Assembly: GCA_051294375.1 (NCBI GenBank)
Contig: CM119264.1
Location: forward strand, 17,558,278 to 17,622,277
Direction: 5' to 3'
DNA from: Paraspadella gotoi
Lineage: Eukaryota > Animalia > Chaetognatha
Length of the DNA stretch: 64,000 nt
The notes under the pieces are model-generated. The model made no database searches. It worked only from the letters and a program-made list of their open reading frames with translations, and was not told the origin of the DNA. Every line of letters starts with the position of its first letter. Position 1 is the first letter of the stretch. Positions 25,748 to 56,429 of the stretch are shown here, piece by piece. A program made the translations under genes and the position numbers.

Positions 25748-25887
25748 CCTCTGAGGCGTCTTGGGTCAGGAGAAGCTCCATACCTCCTTTCAGCGCGATT
25801 AACTTTTGCCCGAAAGTCGACGCCTGGAACCTCGCTCTACTTTTTCCCTTTATTTTTAAACCCTGGGAAATTTGTTTATTTGTTTGT

Positions 25888-26035
25888 TTTTCTTTTCTTT
25901 TCTTTTCTTTTCTTTTCTTTTCTTTTCTTTTCTTTTCTTTTCTTTTCTTTTCTTTTCTTTTCTTTTTTCCTTTCTTTTCTTTTCTTTTCTTTTCATTTTT
26001 CTTTTTTTTTCTTTTCTTTTCTTTTCTTTTCTTTT
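25888..26035. repeat. (TTTTC)n microsatellite
   Basis: Seen directly. Confidence 0.92.
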
Positions 26036-26312
26036 ATTTACGGAGTGAATGCTTTCTAGTTTTGTTCATAGTTTCTTTTTTACAGTAGTTTGTGTAATGT
26101 TTAGTGCCCAGATTAAAAGACATTTTATGTATATCTTTAACTGCTCCTAAAAAATATTGCTATGAAAATTTGCAAAATCACTTGTTTCACTATCTTATAT
26201 TTTTATAGTTTATGAATGTTTTACTATTTAATCTATATTATTTAATTATATATATATTATGTTATTATGTTACTATAGTATACTATATTATTCAATTGAA
26301 GAGAAAGAAAGT

Positions 26313-26378
<66 letters not shown>

Positions 26379-28075
26379 CGTGAGGAGCAGAGTGGTCGAC
26401 TGCTAAAATATTCAACTTTCTTTCCTAGAAGAAAGAAATGTTAATATTTATTCAACTTTATGCAACTTAGGCTAAAAGTTATCAGTCGTTTTTTTCTCAT
26501 ATATACAGTTGACTATCTGACAGATAGTATTACAGACAGTATCTGTGCACACTGCACAGTGTGCATGAGTGTTTATCATTTTTCTTTGTATTAATTTTCG
26601 TTTTGTGTTATATCATTGATGACATTCTATCCTCTTCTTAGTGTTTCGAGTTTGGAAACGCATCGTCAACATTATCGTCGTAATTCCGAAAGGCTCGTCT
26701 CGCCTCGTCTCGGACGGACGGACGCCGTCCAAATAAAACCGAGTCGCCCTTCCTTCTGTCTTGATTCCGTTTTATTTCCCGATTTTATTTCCTCTTTTAT
26801 AACCGGTTTGTCATGACGCTCTTTTCATTTTTTATGGCATTGTGCCAGAATTTTCAATCAAGTTTTGGAAGGTTGACTAATGATTATATTCGTTTAACTT
26901 AAATGTAAATTAAATTTTAAATTTTACACGATTTAAACGAAAGAAAACTTTATGAAATTGGTACAACCAATATAAAAATTTATCCATTTATTATATTTTT
27001 TATTAATTTACGTGTAAGAGCTATTTGCATATTTTCAGCTGGATTCCTGTCCTCACTACTTAATTACTTAAACAATTTAATTCCAGCTTTTGAATCCGAT
27101 TAAAACTTTTTTTTAAAACTAAACAACTGAAAAAAGTAAGCGAACTTAAGATTCCAAACCAATCAGTTGGAATAGAAGACAGGGATTAAAAAACAACACC
27201 ACTAAACAGTCAAGGTTAAAATGAAAACGGAAAAACAATTGGCCAGAGGTCTGACGTTTTTATATCTTTCGAGGAAGGAGCGAAACGGAATGAAGAATCC
27301 AATTGTAATTTCGAGGAGTCGGTTTCGGAAACGTTACTTATATCGTTTTAGAAAAAGTAAAATTTCTAAGTCAGTGATTTTGTCGAGTTACATCTTCGTG
27401 ATACGATTAGTAAAATTCATGCCTGCATAGTCACATTAATTTCTTTGTACTCTTTTACTCACTATCGTTTTCCTTCTATCTCGTACGTCACTCTCCACGC
27501 TTCCTATATCTTCCTCTCTCTCTCTCTCTGTCTCCATCTTGTCATCCCTTCCACATCTCGCTCTCCCATCCTCCCTCGAAGAAAAGATTTAAACCGGTTT
27601 TTATCGCATCACGCTCTCTTCGACTTTATTTGTTTTCCACTTGAAAATGAGGAAGCCGCGGATAAGGAAAAGAAGAAAAAACTTGGAAAGAAAGAAAGAG
27701 ACGAAAATAGGAAATAAAAAAAAAGGAGGAAACGAAGAATGCTTTTCGATGCGTCGCGGGTTTAGACAACGGACTGGCAATCGGACAGGCAGACAATAGA
27801 TGAGAAATTTACCAGTGAAAGTTAACGAGGATAAGGGGAGAACGATGGACATACTGGCAGACAGTCGGACAGACAGAGGACGAGAAAGCGGCGGCAGTTA
27901 AAGGGAGGCAACTCGTTCTTCACACCGCCGCATCAAAATAATAGGGGGATATTTGGAGGAAGAAAAGAAATAAATTGGAATAAAGAAAGAACACGAGATA
28001 AACCGATGAGAGTTTTCCGGGAGAAAATGTGAGACAACAGGAGGGAATGTGGGTTCGTTGTCCTCTTTGTTCGTG

Positions 28076-28166
<91 letters not shown>

Positions 28167-28530
28167 AAAGAGAGAGATAAATAAAGTAACAAGTAGAAAA
28201 AGATACGACAGATGGGAAGAATTCCCCTGGAAACTTAGTTATAAGAAGCAACTCTGCCTTTCGACTTGCAGCGTTCGGAGGGAGAAAAAGCTAAAATCTC
28301 TTTTACGAGAGAAAGAGGAGAAGTTGTTTTGGCTGAAGGGAAAATAAGGAGAGGACCATCTTGCATGGGGGGGAAGAGGCTGGGCGTGCCGAGTGGAAAG
28401 AGAGAGGGCAGTGGTGAGAGAAGAGAGGAAGAATAGAGAAGTGGAGAGAGTGGAGTTTAGAGAGAAGAGAATAGAGAATATACACCAATAAAGAATGAAG
28501 TAAATCAACGTGTTTTATTTATTATATTTA

Positions 28531-28645
28531 TTTATGAAATTGGTACAACCAATATAAAAATTATCCATTCATTTAATAAATAAGCTATCTTGCCCCTGAC
28601 TTTGGACAGGCTTTGGTGGTTTAAGGCCTCCATCACTCTTACAAT
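28531..28645 (+). repeat. Dispersed AT-rich repeat fragment (other copies at about 26949-26988 and 45549-45652)
   Basis: TTTATGAAATTGGTACAACCAATATAAAAATT is shared with 26949. The stretch AAAAATTATCCAT...AATAAGCTATCTT...TTAAG.CCTCCA is shared with about 45556-45650. Confidence 0.7.
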
Positions 28646-30150
28646 GTACTCTTGTAATGAGTATGCGCAGGGGTTATAATTGCGGCACTTTTTAAAAATT
28701 CTATTGGCAAAAATGTATTGAGTAATGATCGTTCACTTTAAATTTTTCGTGAGAATCGACAATCGAGAATCTCTCAACATATCATTGAGTTTTTCTTTCG
28801 TGACCTCTAATGCATTATATCGAGAACGGCTTTCTTGCTGCTGCGAATTTTTGAGGGAAAAACAGAATTGGCTGAAAAGAGTATATGAAAAAAAAATCTT
28901 TGGGCAAAAATTTCTATTCGTTCACATTTAACATTAGAATCCATTCAGCATCATGTTTTCACTACAACTGTTTTGAACTATTCATTGAAAAGAATTCATC
29001 AATTAGTTTCATAAATAATCATAGTCATAATTTAATTGAATAACTTTTTTTAAATTCTTTTATATCATTTCATCATTGACATTGAGCTTTTTGCTAATTC
29101 ATGCATTCGTTTAGATTCATTTCTATTCATTCACAAGCTAACCATTACCATTGATTCACGTCTTTGCTCTCTTTGTTATTCATTCTCAACCATTCATTCG
29201 AATCCATTCACTGGCATCCATTAGGGTCTCCCGAAAGACGACGCTTCCTCGATCGCCCGTTTTTCTCTGCATCGAAATGGGAGGAAAAAAATGGCGGGAA
29301 GCGCTTTATCTCGGTTATCCTTTGCAATTTATATTCCTCTACTTACGCCGGCAGAATATCAGACTATGAGGCTATTTAGGGGAAAGACGGAATATTCATT
29401 TTGATTTTGACAGTGAGAAATTTTAAACAAACAGTAAAAACAAATAAAAACGACGCAATAACGAAAAGTTATTCTGTTTTCTCCGGAGAGAGAGAGAGAG
29501 AAAGAGAAGTAGAGGGAGAGAGAGAGAGAGAGAGAGAAAATAAAAAGTTTTATTTTAAATTTGTCGCGACGAGAAATTGAAGAGAATTGCGTTGAAAGCG
29601 TCTGCTCGAATCATTCTTTTCTTCCTTCTCATTACTCTTCTGTTTCTCTTTTTTTTTTTCTTTTTTTTTCAATAAACACTCAACTTCCGTCTCCATGGAG
29701 ATTCTCCTCTTTTTCTTATACTTCCATCTTCCTTTCTCGCCTCTTATATTCTTTTCTCCTCCACCCCGCTCTTCTCTTTTTTTTTTCCTCCTACTCAAAA
29801 CGGTAGTCGTTTCTTTCTTTCTTTTTTTTTCTTTCTTTTTCTCTTCTGATAAACGGGAATGGAGAGAAGAGAGAAGACATTCGACGAAGCGTTCAATCGA
29901 ATTCACTACACTTACTCTTTTTTATTCTTTTCTTTTCTTTTCTCTCTCTTCTCTCAATATTTTTTTTCCCCTTACTCCCGTCTATATTCCTTCACGCCAA
30001 AATGGATTTCTCTTTACCCATCCGTTGCATAAAGGATGAAGAAAATCATGGGGGGAATTCTTCCCTCTCGGCTTTTTTCTCGGCGGCAAAAAGAAATAGC
30101 AAAGATAGCAGAAAAATAAAAGTCCTCTCTGGATGAACGGCGAGGGGTGA

Positions 30151-30244
<94 letters not shown>

Positions 30245-31094
30245 GAGGTGGGGGGATAATAAAGAGATGCATAATGTCGTACTTTCCTTATTTTCCTTAT
30301 TTTTTTATCTTCCCCTCTTTTCTTAATTCACTTTGTAACATACTTTTAAAAATTAAATATTAATATTATTAATGTTAATATTATATATAAATATTTAAAT
30401 ATCTTCTCTTATCATTATACTTTTTTTAAATATTCTGACGAAAGACTGATCGACCACACTGACCCACCAAACTTGTCTTCAAACACGGTAGCTATTAAGT
30501 GCAGTGGCTGGACAGACTCACGGAAACCTTCCCTTGACTCCCCCTTCAATCGTTCTTGAGTCACGTCTCTTTTCCTCGATTCTCACAGGTTTTGTTTTCA
30601 CGTGAAACAAAACAATCGTGAAATCTCGCCCGAGTGTTTCGCTTTCGATTAAGTCCTGCACGTGACGGAAAAGGGCAGAGGTTGTTGGGGCCAGAGTGAC
30701 CTGGAAACGAGAGAGGTCAGGGATCAGCAGATGAGGATTGAAGGCGTTGGAAAAGAGAAATTGGTTTCGCCGACTCTGGTTAATTGAGACTAAGTTTACG
30801 AGAGCATGTGAACTGATACAGAGTAATCCTCACTTCCTCTGCGGCCTCATTTCCCTAATATACTGATGATGGATTGTTAATGGTTCTGTAATTACTAATA
30901 AAATTTCTGCATGAACAAAAGTTAAGTTACTATGGCGGATCGACAACTGGCCAAGATAAAGACATAGCAGGTCCCTGAAAGATTTCACTATGTAATATGT
31001 TTAGTATACATACATTGTGTACTTTTAAGGAGTGGAAAGCGCTGGAGCGAGAAGTATGGAGGCGAGATAAGAAATCGAAAAAGGAGAGAGACGA

Positions 31095-31144
<50 letters not shown>

Positions 31145-32827
31145 GAAGTGAGCAAAGGAGAAGAGGTGAAGGTAAAGGGGATATGGGGAATAGCGATGCA
31201 AGGGAGAGTTGGAGCGAGAGTCGAAACACAGAAGACGGAGAAATGAGAAGAAATGCGAAGAAAAAGAGAAACGAGAGAGAAAGAGAGAAAGAAAAAAAAA
31301 CGTTAGAAAGAGCGAGACAGAGCGGGGGCGTCTCCGCCCACTTTTCAGAAATCGGTCGCCAGAGAGAGGAAGGCGCCGACTAAAAGCGAGGAAATAAATA
31401 GTGGCACTAAAATATCCTTTCCTGACCGGAATGGCATTATGAGTGGCCGAAAATTGCCACTGAGGGAGTTCCCATTCGAAAAACAAAACAAAAAAAAAAA
31501 AACCGAGAGCGTGAGAATGCCGTTTCGAGAATCCATCAAGAAGTCGTAGTGGGACTTCCATTTGGGATAAGGCGAAGCTTTTCGAAGATGGCGAAGGAGC
31601 TTAGCTTTTACCATTAACCGAATAACCGTGATTAACGTTGACGCTGGTGGTTGGAGACTTTTTGAAAAAAAAAAGGGAAAAAAGAAAGAAACAAAATAAG
31701 CACTTGAGGAAAGAACCAAAGGAAGAATGAGAAAGATAACGACTTGATAATGAAATAAAAACTTGAAAAGAGATTAAAAAGAAAATAAAATAAGGAAAGT
31801 CAGTCGGTGGAGAAAAAAAAGAAAGAAAAAAGAAAAAAGGTGGGAGAAGAAAAGAGAGAAAAAAATAGAAGCGAGAGACGGAAAAAAAAAGGGGGAAAAA
31901 TTGAAATGCGGCGACGAAGACTCGAAAGAAAAAGGAAATGAAAAACAGTAAAGAGGCTAATGTCGAGGTTAACCGATGATGAGACAGAAGGAGGAAAGGA
32001 GTGGAAGGAGGAGGAAGGCGAAAAGTGAATGGATGAAAGGAAAGAGACAGAGGAAAGAGTGAAAGAGCGGATTAAAGAGCAATAGGAGAATAAAATGGAA
32101 CGATCGTATTGTGGGTTTTCAATGAAGAAATCATCATTGTTATCTATGTTTGACTCGTTCAAATCCAATACCTATTCAATTATGATAATCATGACGACCC
32201 ACAAATAAAAGAAACGACTCCTAAAAGAAAAAAACAGAAGAAAGAAGAAAATATTGAGCTATGTTAACAACGAAAGCAAGAGTGAGCCAAAAAGAAAAAT
32301 TGGATTTTCTGTCGAGATCTCAGGGGAAAGAAATAATTGTCGATCGGGGGGGGGAGGTAGGTTAGGGGAAAAGTTAAGAGGGTGAAGAATAAAGGGACAG
32401 ACAAAAAAAGATGATGAGTCTGTGTATCGCGGGTGGAACTGTATTCAGAGATCTTAGATTTCGTTGTCTCCTAATTTTTGAGCAGAGCTTAGGTTCAGCA
32501 AGCGTGAAACTTACTTCTCTCTATCCCTATCAATTTCTTGTTCACCTTCGTCTCTAAACCAACCGTTTCTGATTTTCAAAAAGCATCACAGTTCTTTGCG
32601 GCAAATTTTACTCTGCGTTAATTCCCATCAACCATTACCTTTCTCTCGTAATTCTTTTCCGTCGACTGACAACGAAGTTTGAAAACATCGAGTTGAAAAA
32701 AATTTAAGGGGCGAGGAAAAACCCACTGATAACCACGCCGCGGAAGAAGGGCGAGGAAAAGCGAATGGGTAATAAAATAAAGAAGAGAGAAAGGAAGAAA
32801 GATGAGTCGAGACAAGGTCGTACGAAA

Positions 32828-32939
<112 letters not shown>

Positions 32940-33557
32940 CCGAGTTACGAGTGAAAGGGATTGTAACAGAAACGAGGAGAAAGTAACGAAAAAGAGTAAG
33001 TTAAAACTTAAAAGTAGAAAGTGAGGTGACTCTAACGTGTGAGAGAGAGAAAGAGAGAGAGAGAGAGAAGCTCCTCTCCATATCTTGAACTAGTTTCGCG
33101 GATTCTGGGAGTCGCAACGTCTGCAGAAAATTGCAGAAGGAGGCAGATGCTGTCTTGTGAGCCTTGTGAGTCTCGAGAGGCGCCTACGAAGACTCCATTG
33201 CAATTTTCTGGTAGCATCAGCGTCGTAAAATTTACACAATCGGTGAAAGACCGCATATTCCTGTCCGTTTTTACCGAGCATTTTTAAAATTTTGAAAATT
33301 AAATTCATTAGGAACTTGAAAAATAATAATAATTATACTCCTCCGAGAATTTCTTTCATATAAATTGAATTTACAAGGAATTTTTTTGTACCTTTTGTAC
33401 CTCTATTCAATTGTTAAATTTCTCTCCCTCTCCCTCTCCCTCTCCCTCTCTCTCTCTCTCTTTCCGCGCAAGCCAGACGCTTCTGTTTATTCAAATGACG
33501 ATAACTTGTCGGATAAGTCGGAAGGAAGGAAACTGGAAAAATATACAAAATAGAAAA

Positions 33558-51456
<17,899 letters not shown>

Positions 51457-51885
51457 TCAATGAAATCTACATTGAATTTGAAGAGTGCAGCTAAACGACT
51501 TGCAATTAATATTGAATTAAATTGTTGCAATCTTAAATACATTTGTAAAATGTAATGAGAGACATTTTGATAAACGCGTTCCAGTTAGAAAGAATCAGGG
51601 TTAAAGTTTAAACGTTTCATTTTCTAGGTTACAAGTTGAATTAAAATTCTCTCTATTTATTTTCGATTCATATAAAAATTCATAAAAAATATCAGCTGGA
51701 TTGGCCTTTTCGTTTGACCTGAACTCTTCAGATAGGTTTCTTTTTATTTTATATTATAATTAAAACCGATATAAATGGTGAATGCATCAAATGTTAAGTG
51801 ATCATTTTCGGAATCTGCCAGGACTCAGCTTTCTGAATTTGTACTCCATTTGGCCTATTTTGGTTGATATTGAATGACCCTTTTC

Positions 51886-52242
51886 TAACGAGCTTTCCAA
51901 GTAGAACTGACTGATTGTGGTAATTACAATATAAGAACTAATATTAATTAAATTTAGTTGTTTTCTCAAAGATGGGACGAACGTGTTTTGTTTTTTACTT
52001 CAGACGTTAAACATTCTAAGATTTAAAAAAAAAAAACACGTTGAATTTGTTTTCTCGCTTGATTAGTGATAATGATTGTTGATACATAATTTCATAGAAA
52101 TCAGAGGCGTGCGCTCAACCCTTCAAACGCTAAAGATAAAAAAAGCCTTTAAGAAAAGTTATCAAGCTGTGAGTCGGAAGTAACGTCGAGTAATCCGCGA
52201 ATGTCAGTTCAAATCATACTGACATCGTCCGGTGTTTGTATT
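51886..52242 (+). repeat. Left arm of long inverted repeat pair
   Basis: Reverse complement of 62851-63199. Examples: AAGAAAAGTTATCAAGCTGTGAGTCG / CGACTCACAGCTTGATAACTTTTCTT, and GATGGGACGAACGTGTTTT / AAAACACGTTCGTCCCATC. Confidence 0.9.
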
Positions 52243-53164
52243 ATCAGCCATGACCGTTTGCCGGTCAGGCTTGATATTGATTCGGGTGAGATTCTTCTGT
52301 GACGTCGTCGTCGTCGGTCGTCGGCCGTCACGCTGTTTTAAATAAAACTACTACGCTGTTCATAGGTGGCTGTTCACTTACCGTTTCTTTTTTAAATAAA
52401 ATATTATGAATTATTCTAAAAGTTTTACAAAAGTGTGCGTCATAGTAAGTTAAAAATAGATATGGCTTTCCAACTTTGAAATAGCTTTGTATTTTTTTAT
52501 AATTTGGGTCTTAAGTATTTTTGTTTGAATGCCACTTATTATGATTACTTACATATGCAAATGAGATATAGTATGATCTAATATCCAATAGTATAATCGA
52601 AGTTGCTTTAAGCTTAATTTACTATGCAGTATATAATATTGAAGATGAAATTAAAAATAATTTTTTAAATTTCTAATTAAAATGGAACTCAAAGAAACTT
52701 TTTTTTAATGAGAAGCTATATCTTACATTTAATAAAAATCAAAGAATAAAACTTTTTACAAGCTGCGCATTGGAAAAAATTGGAAAAAGTTTGTCCAATT
52801 GTAACCATATGTAACATTTTTTTTGTCCTTTCTCTTTATTTATTTTAATTACATATGATTTTTTTTAGGCGCTGCCTTTTCTGAATTCGTTTAAAACGAG
52901 TTCAGTTTCTCTCTGTCTCTCTTTGTGTGCGATTCCTTGCGTGATCGGTCGTTTTTTGAAATATTTCTGATTATTTTTTTCTTTCTAAAAACATATATAT
53001 TTGATCAGGCGCGGCCTTTCTGGAATCGTTTAAAAAAAAACAGAGTTTGGCTCTCTCTCTCTCTCTCCCTCCGTCTCCTCCGTCTCTCTCTCTCCTCTCC
53101 TCTCTCTCTGCTCTCTCTTTTTTTTACAAAAAAAAATCTGGGTAATTCTGGAATGGAATTATGA

Positions 53165-53363
53165 TTATTATCGAAACCCCCCCACATTAGCCTTTTGTCG
53201 TCCCCAAAAGCGAGACACGCGCTGTGACCAGACATGTGAAAACAGAAACAAAAGTCAAACGAAAATACATCTCTTCGGCCTCAGGCGCAAGAGCTGCTGC
53301 AGGCCCAGTACCGACGCTGCTTCACTCCTGTCGAAGTGCTGCTGGAGCGGGGACGCGTCTACT
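53165..53363. repeat. DIRS 3' inverted terminal repeat
   Basis: CCCCCCCACATTAGCCTTT...CCAGACATGTGAAA...CAGAAACAAAAGTCAAACGA...GGACGCGTCTACT mirrors 58254-58463. Confidence 0.9.
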
Positions 53364-53399
53364 AGTCCGAGAACGCCAACGAAGCCCCATGAGACGTCC

Positions 53400-54350
53400 C
53401 TTGGCAAGATTAAACGGGCTAAGAAGGATCTGATCTCGGGAACCAGTCTCCGGCCTCTGAGAATGACGCCCGAGATCGACGCCGGTGGCCGCGCGAAGGC
53501 TTCCCGACGACCGCCATGGCACGAGTAAGTCTGGCGGGAAGCCTAGCGTCGACATTCGCCTCCAAAAGAGCCTTAGGATCGCGCAAACGTTGAGGCGAAA
53601 ACGGAGTAAAAGGGCGCGAAGGGGCGCAGAAAAGGAAAACGTTTGAGACGGCGCTTAACATCTCGCGGACCGAGCCACTCCTCAAGCGCAATGGGGACAA
53701 CGCGTGACGCCGGCAGGGCGTCACCCTGAAGGATGGGTCCCATGTGCCCAACTGGCGATCTATGTCTTCGGAAAGCTGTGGACGAAAACAACACGCCCAT
53801 GATCCGCGAGCGAGCGAGCCAGTGGGCTGATTCACACTTGAGGGATAAACTATCTCACGGCTCCTGCGAGCGGTGCCAAAGAAAAAGAGAGAGCGCCGGG
53901 AAGAACGTTGAGCGGGAAGACGGCGGGGTGAGGGCGACGACGTCCAAAACGCGTGAACAACGCCGATCCCACGGAGGAAAATTGCCGGCGGAAGTAGGGG
54001 ACTCGCTCGAAGGTCCCTGAGAAACGTCGACGAGGGGGTGTTCCCCCATCGAGTACGAACCCTTGCCGGCAAGTGGCCGATCGCTGAGCGGTGAAGGTTC
54101 ACCGTGCTGTACGGACAAGCCCTAACCACGGATGGGTACGGTACTCCAGAAATCTTCAGAGACGCATTCAAGTCCAATCGAAATTCCTTCATTGAAGGAA
54201 AGAGACAGAAGGAGGTCCAGGCTCGAGCGTAACGTTCGCGTCGAGCTCTCCAGTCGCGGCGATGATGTCGAGACCGAGTCGGCTGAGGTCGTCTGAGGTC
54301 GTTCGCCCGGCGAAACTGTCAAACGACCAACTTGAGCGCGGCTTGCGGCG
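53400..54350 (-). pseudogene. DIRS tyrosine recombinase, frameshifted
   Basis: YSTVNLHRSAI (N-terminal SAM-like part), GEHPLV, PPWD, GTARRSRE (catalytic Arg box-like), VVPIALEEWL (CPVxAL-like) and HSQR (HSxR box), in the expected 3' position. Confidence 0.75.
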
Positions 54351-54429
54351 CGGAGATTCCTGTGCTTGAGGAAGGTCAGTGACGGCGTCCTCGGACCGGA
54401 AGGCGTCGAGCTCCAGATCTTCAGGGTTC

Positions 54430-54720
54430 AACACGACTGGAACCATTTGGCTGGCCAGAAGGGGCGATCAGAAGGAAGGTATCCCCGACGACTCCTCCAG
54501 TTTCCGGATGCGCTTCGGGAGGAGAGGTGTGGAGGAAAGAAAATGCCCGATCGAAGATCAAATCTGGCGAGGCGTCCACACCCTCCGTTGGCGCTCCGCC
54601 TTCCAAGAGAAGAAACGAGCGCACCTTGCGTCAGTTCCTTCGTCGCAAAAAGATCGATGGAGGGAAGTGCCGAAGGTCTGCAGATCTTGACGAAGATCCG
54701 TGGAAGGAGATTGCCAATCC
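54430..54720 (-). pseudogene. DIRS methyltransferase-like (N6-adenine DAM-type) domain, frameshifted
   Basis: LLPRIFVKI...LPSIDLFAT...FFPP...PFWPAKWF matches the P.IDLFA / FPP / P.WP..WF signature found downstream of RNase H in DIRS1-like elements. Confidence 0.72.
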
Positions 54721-54819
54721 GCAAAACTAGGACGTCCCCTCGACGCCGCATCGTCACCAAGTTCTCCATCTGCGACAGGTGATCCCGTATACGGATCCCC
54801 GGGTATGGGCGATCCGCCA

Positions 54820-55100
54820 CGAGACTCCCGGCAACCTGTTGTAGCTCCGTCGACACGGGCTGCCGTGCGACTGGAGACAGAGCACGACACCGACTGTCGG
54901 CCTACCAAGGAGATGGTATCTCAGAGAGCTGCCGAATCGAGAGAGGAAAGATCTTCAACCACCATGAACTCCTTCACATTGATATTTGGTGTATGGACAT
55001 TGCAGCCTCCCAGGTCCCTCTGGTGAAGCTCTCCCTGGAAAAGGATGCCCCAACCCTCCTGACGAGGCAATCCGCGTCACTACAGTGGTCGCAATCTTTC
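54820..55100 (-). pseudogene. DIRS RNase H, frameshifted
   Basis: Indel-shifted TDAS..GWG-like sequence at about 55045-55080, NINVKEFMVV (HINxxEL-like) at about 54955-54988, and RVDGA...QVAGSL (N..AD.LS-like) near 54830-54855. Confidence 0.7.
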
Positions 55101-55389
55101 TGGGAGCAGATCGTTCCACCGGCGCGGCGGTCTCCAGGACGAAGGAACTGACACCACTCTCAGTCCTCCGCGGCTTGAAGCGTCTAACAGCTGTTGGGCG
55201 ACTCGAGATCCTTCTGGAAGTGGTTAGACAGCGTTAGACGTTTCCTTTGAATCCTGGGCGAAGAGTGGTGGCACGGAGAAGCGGAACTTGTCAGCGTGGG
55301 CCGCCGATGGCGTGTCCGAGAAACTGAAGACAAACGCCGCCGGCGGGAGAGACGACGAGAGGAGTAGAAGTCGCTAAACTCGGATCGAT

Positions 55390-56000
55390 TACCAACTTGG
55401 GCGGCGGAAGGCGAGATCTATGAAGTGACGTCCCATGAAAACCGAGGAATCGAAGGACTGAGAGGGGTAGGCTCGACTTCTCCCCGGTGGAGAATGAACC
55501 CGCCTCCTGAAGAGCAGTCTGGACTGCCTTTCAACGTCGCTTGGTGACACTCCTCTTCGATGGCCAATCAGGATGGGGATGTCGTCGATATAGGAAGAGA
55601 CAACGACATGCCTCTCTGCCTCAGCCATGAACTAGCGGCGCTTTCTTCGTGAGAGCACGGGCCGTAGCCAAACCCGGAAGGGAAGATAACCTTGTACTAG
55701 AAGGAATCCGACCCTTTCCAAATGAATCGACAAACTTTTCGATGCTTCCTCGTGAAGCGGAAGGGGGAGGATAAGCGCTCGCGTAGGCGATTCGAGGCGC
55801 GCCCATCTCCCCGTCGAAACATCTTCCTGATGTCCTGACCCTTCCATGCGGAAAGACGGAGGTGAAAGAAAAGCGGCGTTTTTTTTTTGAAACGCTTAGG
55901 TTGAGAATGGCCTCCACCCTCCATCGTTCTTCGGCAAGGAAGATCCTGGAGTAAAAACCGGAGAGGCCTCTACCTCTCGATCGCACCCTTTCTCAAGGCC
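55390..56000 (-). pseudogene. DIRS reverse transcriptase, frameshifted
   Basis: Fragments across frames: GFYSRIFL, PKNDGGWRP, ILNL, YLPF/GLATARALTK and SSYIDDI. These match the DIRS RT motifs FYSxxFxVPKxxGxWRPILNL, LPFGLxxAPxxFTK and YxDD. Confidence 0.88.
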
Positions 56001-56429
56001 GGCGCGAGATTTCCGCTTTCGACCGCGTCGTCCCTCTCGCCGAAAGATGGCGTCGCGTCGGGCAGACGAGAAGACGGGTGGGATGCTCCGCATCGGCGAT
56101 TCTTGAAGCCCGAATATGTTCGTCAAAATTGGAGAGGTCGGCCCGACCAGCTCCTCCCAAAAGGGGCGAAAATAACGGAGCCTCCCTCCCCCGTAGATGA
56201 GGAGAAGGCGCCGGCTGATCCAGAAATCGGAGTCCTGAGACCGAAATCCGATCTTGAAGGGTCCTGCAAGCCGGACGAGGCGGCGACTGCATCGGCGGAG
56301 AACCCGTTCATTTCGCAGGGCTTGGTCCCCTGTCCTGCCCGTTTCTCGACTTCTTGAACGAGTAGGGCTTCTTGCCGCTCTTCCGCGGTGTTGAAGTTGG
56401 ACCTGTCGACGCTTTGAAACCTTGACGCG

